Positions 58,687 to 64,000 of a stretch of 64,000 nucleotides of DNA are shown piece by piece (position 1 is the stretch's first letter; the number at the start of each line of letters is the position of its first letter). The position numbers and the translations under genes are program-made. The stretch covers positions 288,001 to 352,000 of the forward strand of contig OY970359.1 in assembly GCA_963718665.1 (NCBI GenBank), in the 5' to 3' direction. This DNA comes from an uncultured Phycisphaerales bacterium (lineage in GTDB: Bacteria; Planctomycetota; Phycisphaerae; Sedimentisphaerales; Anaerobacaceae). Under the pieces are notes generated by a model, which searched no databases, had not been told where the DNA came from, and saw only the letters and a list, made by a program, of their open reading frames with translations.

Positions 58687-60540
58687 ATGGCTATCAAGGA
58701 TGAAGGTCATTTTGCCAAGTTAGTGGTTCCGGTAAAGAAGATTGGTCTTCGGAAAGGGTTTTTCCGCTGGCCCGGTCGGTCTGTCTTTGCCTGTTCAAAT
58801 ATGGCCGACGCAATCGGCCTCAAACAGCTTGGCTGTGATTTATCGAAGCATCGTCTCATCGCAAATATAAACAGCGATTCATCCCGACAGGCAGCGTTAA
58901 GAATATATCGCGATAAAAACATCACCAACAGCGAGGCATACCGTTTAACAATTACTCAAACAGGCATCGAAATCCACGCGAAAACAGAAGCAGGCGCATA
59001 TTACGCCCTGCAAACATTGCGCGAGATGACGGCAATATATGGGAAGGTCCTGCCCCTGTGCAAAATAGAAGATGAGCCGGATTTTCGCAGGCGGGGCGTA
59101 TATCTCGATTGTTCAAGAGGGAAAGTGCCCAAACTTGATACGCTGAAAGAGCTGACAACGTGGCTCTCTCATTGGAAAATAAACGAAATACAGCTTTACG
59201 TTGAGAACGTATTCACTTTTAAAAAACATCCTGAAATCGGCAGGGGTTACAGTCCCTTCACACCAGAGGAAATCCTTTCTCTTCAGGAACATTGCAAAAA
59301 GCACCATATTCGACTTGTTGGTTCGCTTTCAAGTTTCGGGCATTTCGAAAAAATTCTGTCCCTGCCGAAATACAGACACTTAGGCGAAAAGCCGGGGTTT
59401 AGCGGCTTTCCGGGAGGCACAACTCTTTGCCCCATCGACCCAGACGCAATCAAGCTTGTCGCAGAACTTTACAGCGAGTTTGTGCCGCTCTTCGATGCAG
59501 AGGATTTCAACGTTTGCTGTGACGAGACATGGGAGCTTGGAAAAGGTCGCAGCGAGAAAAAGACGATTCGTATCGGAGTCGGGCAGGTTTACCTCGATTT
59601 CCTCCTGAAGATTCATCGTCTTTGTGAAAAACACGGCAAGCAAATGAACGTCTGGGCGGACATTATATTGAACCATCCGGAATTATTAGGCAAATTGCCG
59701 CGAGATATAGTCCTGCTTAACTGGGGGTATGAACAGAACGGGGCAAACATCGCCAGAACCGGAGAAATCGCAAATTCGGGGCTATCGTTTATGGTTTGTC
59801 CTGGGACAAGCGGGTGGCTGACTCACGGAACACGCCTGCCCAACTCGATGAGTAACGTAACTAATTTTGCCGCTGCGGGCCGTAAATATCACGCGGAAGG
59901 ACTGCTGAATACCGACTGGGGCGACCAGGGACATCGTAATTTCCTGGGAGTCAGCTTGCACAGTTTCGCACACGGGGCCGCCAACGCGTGGAATGGTAAA
60001 GCCGTTGATAACGCCAGGTTCACCGAAAATTTCTGTTGTCACGCTTTTGGCCAAAAAAACAAGCGTATGGCCGAGGCGATAAGATTGCTCGGCAGCACCT
60101 ATATCACCTGCGGCAAAACTTCGCCGAATAAATCGTTGTTGTTTCAGTCCTTTTTTGAGCCGATGCTGCGGGACAAAACAATAGAATGCAGCGCAATTGA
60201 TTTGATGAGCGATGAAGGTCTGCAACAGATAGCGATTGAGTTATCCGGTGATAATCTCTGGCCGGCGGATATAAAGGGGGATTTTGAGCAACTGGCATTG
60301 CGGGAATTGAAGCTGGCCGCGCGTATGGATTGCTTAGCAGGCAAAAGGGCATTGGCAGTAAAGTCGCTGCGAGCGGGGCAAAACGTGAAAAATTCCGAAC
60401 TGCGACACTTGCACAGGCAAATGCATGATATCGGGACAGATTTCAAGAAACTATGGCTGGCACGCAATAAGCTTTCCCGGCTGAACGATAATATGCGATT
60501 ATTTAATCTCGCCGAAGATGAGTTGAAAAAGAGATTGTGA
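58687..60540 (+). CDS. GH20-family beta-N-acetylhexosaminidase
   Basis: EAYRLTI, YYALQTL, IEDEPDFRRRGVYLDCSRG, FNVCCDET, TDWGD. Confidence 0.85.
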   Translation: MAIKDEGHFAKLVVPVKKIGLRKGFFRWPGRSVFACSNMADAIGLKQLGCDLSKHRLIANINSDSSRQAALRIYRDKNITNSEAYRLTITQTGIEIHAKTEAGAYYALQTLREMTAIYGKVLPLCKIEDEPDFRRRGVYLDCSRGKVPKLDTLKELTTWLSHWKINEIQLYVENVFTFKKHPEIGRGYSPFTPEEILSLQEHCKKHHIRLVGSLSSFGHFEKILSLPKYRHLGEKPGFSGFPGGTTLCPIDPDAIKLVAELYSEFVPLFDAEDFNVCCDETWELGKGRSEKKTIRIGVGQVYLDFLLKIHRLCEKHGKQMNVWADIILNHPELLGKLPRDIVLLNWGYEQNGANIARTGEIANSGLSFMVCPGTSGWLTHGTRLPNSMSNVTNFAAAGRKYHAEGLLNTDWGDQGHRNFLGVSLHSFAHGAANAWNGKAVDNARFTENFCCHAFGQKNKRMAEAIRLLGSTYITCGKTSPNKSLLFQSFFEPMLRDKTIECSAIDLMSDEGLQQIAIELSGDNLWPADIKGDFEQLALRELKLAARMDCLAGKRALAVKSLRAGQNVKNSELRHLHRQMHDIGTDFKKLWLARNKLSRLNDNMRLFNLAEDELKKRL

Positions 60541-61724
60541 TGAAGACAAAGAGCCGAATAGCTGAGTTTTCACAAAAATCGAGAATGCGCGTCGCAGGTT
60601 TGATGTCGGGCACGTCTGTTGACGGCGTTGATGTGGCGATTATTGATATCGATAATGAAAAAGTGAGTGTGCAGGCGTTTGAAACATTTCCTTATTCCGC
60701 GACGTTACGCCGGGATATCCTTCGGCTTTGCGGAGCTGAATCGTGCAACGTGGCCGATGTTTGTCATCTGAATTTTGTGCTTGGCGAGGTCTTCGCCGAG
60801 TCGATTTTCAAACTATGCAAAAAAAGTGGTATCGGCCTCAATACGATTGATTTGATTGGTTCTCACGGCCAGACCATTTATCATAATCCCAAAGGCAGGC
60901 GTTTCGGCAAAAAGACCGTTCGGTCAACCCTGCAAATAGGCGAGCCATCGATAATCGCCCAGCGAACAGGCATAACAACAGTGGCGGACTTTCGGCCCAG
61001 GGACATGGCCGCCGGCGGACAGGGCGCCCCGTTAGTGCCATTTGCGGATTATTTTCTGTTTCGCGATAAACATCGCAATCGAGCCATTCAGAATATCGGC
61101 GGCATCGCAAATGTTACCTCCCTGCCGGCGGGCTGCCAAACAGGTGATATAATCGCCTTCGATACAGGCCCCGGCAATATGATAATAGACGGAATCGTTT
61201 CAATCATAAGTAAAGGTAAACAAAAGTTTGACCGCGGAGGCAAAATCGCAGCACGAGGCACAATCGACAAAACAATCCTCGACGATATGCTGAAGCATCC
61301 GTTTTTGGGTCTGCGCCCACCAAAATCAACAGGCAGAGAGGGATTCGGCAGCCGGTATTGCGACGCGTTATATCGAAAGATGAAGAAAAAATCGATACCA
61401 GCCGAAGACATTATAGTGACTGTTACCGCGTTTACCGCTAAGAGCATCGTCCGGGCATATCGAAATTTCCTGCCCCGAATGCCTGATGAAGTAATATTGT
61501 GCGGAGGCGGCGCACATAACTCGACTCTGGTCAAAATGCTGCGGCAGGGTCTTGGTAAAAGCAAAATTCTGACAAGCGATGATTTTGGAATCAGCTGCGA
61601 CGCCAAAGAGGCGATTTCATTCGCGATTCTCGCATACGCGACCATTAAAGGCGAGCCAAACAACGTTCCCGGCGCAACGGGAGCAATACAACCATTAGTT
61701 TTAGGAAAGATTATACCCGCATAA
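60537..61724 (+). CDS. anmK: Anhydro-N-acetylmuramic acid kinase
   Basis: GLMSGTSVDGVD, GSHGQT, GGQGAPLVP, NIGGIAN, FDTGPGN, KSTGRE, CGGGAHN. Confidence 0.96.
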   Translation: MMKTKSRIAEFSQKSRMRVAGLMSGTSVDGVDVAIIDIDNEKVSVQAFETFPYSATLRRDILRLCGAESCNVADVCHLNFVLGEVFAESIFKLCKKSGIGLNTIDLIGSHGQTIYHNPKGRRFGKKTVRSTLQIGEPSIIAQRTGITTVADFRPRDMAAGGQGAPLVPFADYFLFRDKHRNRAIQNIGGIANVTSLPAGCQTGDIIAFDTGPGNMIIDGIVSIISKGKQKFDRGGKIAARGTIDKTILDDMLKHPFLGLRPPKSTGREGFGSRYCDALYRKMKKKSIPAEDIIVTVTAFTAKSIVRAYRNFLPRMPDEVILCGGGAHNSTLVKMLRQGLGKSKILTSDDFGISCDAKEAISFAILAYATIKGEPNNVPGATGAIQPLVLGKIIPA

Positions 61725-62629
61725 TGAGAAAGCACAGACCACTTCCGACGACGGAGCACAGCAACCAGAGAAGTAAAAATATCGACCGGCTATCGACCTT
61801 GGGGATAGTCGAGCTAATCAACAGTGAAGATATGCTGGTTGCGCAGGCCGTCGGCAAAGAACGTAAAAAAATAGCCGAGGCGGTTGATATGATAGTGGCA
61901 CATTTCCGGAAAGGAGGCCGATTATTTTACGTCGGCGCGGGGACAAGCGGCCGGCTGGGCGTTCTCGACGCTTCGGAATGCCCCCCTACTTTCGGCGTCA
62001 GGCCTACGTTAGTGCAGGGAATTATCGCGGGCGGCAAACGCGCACTTGTTCGGGCAGTCGAGGGGGCCGAGGATAAAGCGAATGAAGGAGCTAAAGCGAT
62101 AATTAAACGCGGGGTTTGCGACAGGGACACAGTCGTCGGGATTGCCGCCTGCGGGCTGACTCCTTACGTACGAGGCGCATTGAAACAGGCGATGCAAATC
62201 GGAGCGGGCACAATCTTTATTACCTGCTCGGCCAAAGGCATCAGGGATATTCCGGCAAAAATAATTATCAATCCGGTTGTCGGCCCGGAGATTATTACCG
62301 GCTCAACAAGAATGAAGGCAGGCACCGCAACCAAGCTTGTGCTCAATATCCTCACAACGGCCGCAATGATAAAAATGGGCAAGGTGTACGGTAATTTAAT
62401 GGTTGACCTCAACGCGACAAATCAGAAACTGCGAGACAGGTCTCAAAGAATCGTTGTTCAACTAACGGGACTTTCCCGTGCGAAGGCAATCAAACTGCTT
62501 GAACGTGCCGGGGGGAAAGTTAAAGCCGCAATCGTAATGCATTTTCGCAAAGTTAATCTGCAACAGGCACTTGTCATCCTCGACGAATGCGGACAGTCGT
62601 TAAGGGAAGCCATTAAGGAAGACGTATGA
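61724..62629 (+). CDS. murQ: N-acetylmuramic acid 6-phosphate etherase
   Basis: GAGTSGRLGVLDASECPPTFG, GPEIITGSTRMKAGTA, GKVYGNLMVD. Confidence 0.96.
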   Translation: MRKHRPLPTTEHSNQRSKNIDRLSTLGIVELINSEDMLVAQAVGKERKKIAEAVDMIVAHFRKGGRLFYVGAGTSGRLGVLDASECPPTFGVRPTLVQGIIAGGKRALVRAVEGAEDKANEGAKAIIKRGVCDRDTVVGIAACGLTPYVRGALKQAMQIGAGTIFITCSAKGIRDIPAKIIINPVVGPEIITGSTRMKAGTATKLVLNILTTAAMIKMGKVYGNLMVDLNATNQKLRDRSQRIVVQLTGLSRAKAIKLLERAGGKVKAAIVMHFRKVNLQQALVILDECGQSLREAIKEDV

Positions 62630-64000
62630 GCGAATTTCTTACCGTGCACCAAATTTCAGGAACACTTAGTCTGATTGATTTAATAGAGGTAGGCCTCGCG
62701 ATTATCCTTCTTTTTGTTATTTCCTATATCTTCGGACGCGAAGAAAAAGACACAAAAGATTTTTTTATCGGCGGACGAAAGGTCCCCTTGATTGTGGCCT
62801 GTCTGTCTTTTGTCGCGACGGAAGTAAGCGCGCTGACTATTATCGGCGTGCCGGCGACCGCCTACAGCGAAAATTGGCAGTATCTTCAGTTTTTTATCGG
62901 TTCGGCGGCCGCGAGAATTATGGTGGCGTTTCTGTTCATCCCGGTATTTTACCAGTATAACTGCACGAGCATTTATGAGTTTCTCAGATATCGCTTCGGG
63001 CCCCAGACGCAGTATGCCGGCTCGATTTTCTTTTTTATCACACGCTTAATAGCATCCGGCGTCAGATTATACGCCGCGTGTCTGGGAGTGGGGATAATCC
63101 TGGGCTGGCCTTTGGCAACGACGCTTTTGGTGTTTACGATGGTAAGCATCGCCTTCATCGCGTTCGGCGGAATAAAAGCGGTGGTTTGGGCAGGCGCATA
63201 TCAAACTCTGGTTTTCTTTTTGGCAGGCGGTGTGTTATTTATTTATCTTCTGCTTAAAATTCAGGGCGGCCTACCGTCCGCCTGGCACATCGCCAATGAG
63301 GCCGGCCGGCTGAGTATTTTTAAATTCGATTTTGACCTCAATAACCCGACAACCTTCTGGGCAGGCACCGCCAACGCGTTTTTCATAGGCCTGGCCGTAT
63401 TCGGAACAGACCAGGAGCTTATGCAGCGACTGCTTACCGTGAAAACCCGCAGGGCGAGCCAGAAGGCAATTATTTCTACTATACTGGTAGGTCTGCCGAT
63501 TCTATGCCTGTACCTAGGAATAGGGACACTGTTTTATGTTTTCTACAAGCAGAATCCCGGCGTGCCCGCGCCGGAAAAAACCAAGGAGGTCTTCTCCCAC
63601 TTTGTAACATATTCTCTTCCCATCGGATTAAAAGGACTGATGCTCTCGACAATTGTATTGGCCAGCATTGATTCGCCATTAAGCTCACTATCATCGTCAT
63701 TTGTAACGGATATTTACCGCCCGCTTATTAAGAAGTCCGCGACGGAGGGCCATTATCTGTTCGTTTCCCGGATTGGAGTGGTTACGTTCGGCCTGATACT
63801 GGCGATTATCGCTTTCGCGTGCCAGCCGGTGGAAAATATTCTATGGTTTGCTTTTGAAATAATGTCTTTGACGGGCGGCGCCACGCTTGGCATTTTCCTG
63901 CTGGGCGTATTAACAAAACGCAAAGCCAATATCAGCAATGCAGCGGCAATGATTATCAGCGCATTATCTATGACGGCCCTTTTGCTGCTGTCTCATGGCG
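62626..64000 (+). CDS. Sodium:solute symporter (SSS family); runs off the window end
   Basis: Manual translation: MSEFL...DFFIGGRKVP...SFVATEVSALTIIGVPA...SIYEFLRYRFG...FGGIKAVVW...GTDQELMQRLL. Confidence 0.9.
   Translation, partial: MSEFLTVHQISGTLSLIDLIEVGLAIILLFVISYIFGREEKDTKDFFIGGRKVPLIVACLSFVATEVSALTIIGVPATAYSENWQYLQFFIGSAAARIMVAFLFIPVFYQYNCTSIYEFLRYRFGPQTQYAGSIFFFITRLIASGVRLYAACLGVGIILGWPLATTLLVFTMVSIAFIAFGGIKAVVWAGAYQTLVFFLAGGVLFIYLLLKIQGGLPSAWHIANEAGRLSIFKFDFDLNNPTTFWAGTANAFFIGLAVFGTDQELMQRLLTVKTRRASQKAIISTILVGLPILCLYLGIGTLFYVFYKQNPGVPAPEKTKEVFSHFVTYSLPIGLKGLMLSTIVLASIDSPLSSLSSSFVTDIYRPLIKKSATEGHYLFVSRIGVVTFGLILAIIAFACQPVENILWFAFEIMSLTGGATLGIFLLGVLTKRKANISNAAAMIISALSMTALLLLSHG

Overview
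Bacterial chromosomal window. Gene content, a dockerin/EF-hand-like C-terminus and a membrane-anchored HTH protein suggest Planctomycetota, probably Phycisphaerae/Sedimentisphaerales (inference, not searched). It is mostly housekeeping and envelope genes: wecA-like, surE, nnrE/nnrD, rluB, rsmH-like, ndk, typA, an Rrf2-cysK-cysE-nadA-metY-nifU-nifS sulfur/Fe-S operon, xth, tsaD, larB, bioY, and a GH20-anmK-murQ-SSS amino-sugar recycling operon. There are four tRNAs. Two accessory loci stand out. (1) 37.8-43.7 kb holds three fluoride-riboswitch aptamers: one leads a CPA2 antiporter, one leads a dynamin-enolase-small membrane protein-Cys/His protein-TPR operon, and one points antisense into the end of that operon. 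(2) 12.8-16.8 kb holds a free-standing HNH-AP2 endonuclease gene behind a ~780-bp highly paired non-coding leader, next to PD-(D/E)XK, TM-zinc-ribbon and HEPN genes that look like a small defence cluster. Also seen: many apparently leaderless genes, two REP-like palindrome families (one copy inserted in frame in a CDS), a frameshifted GT4 gene, an ATT start for larB and atypical tRNAs. All calls come from reading motifs by eye; no database searches were run.
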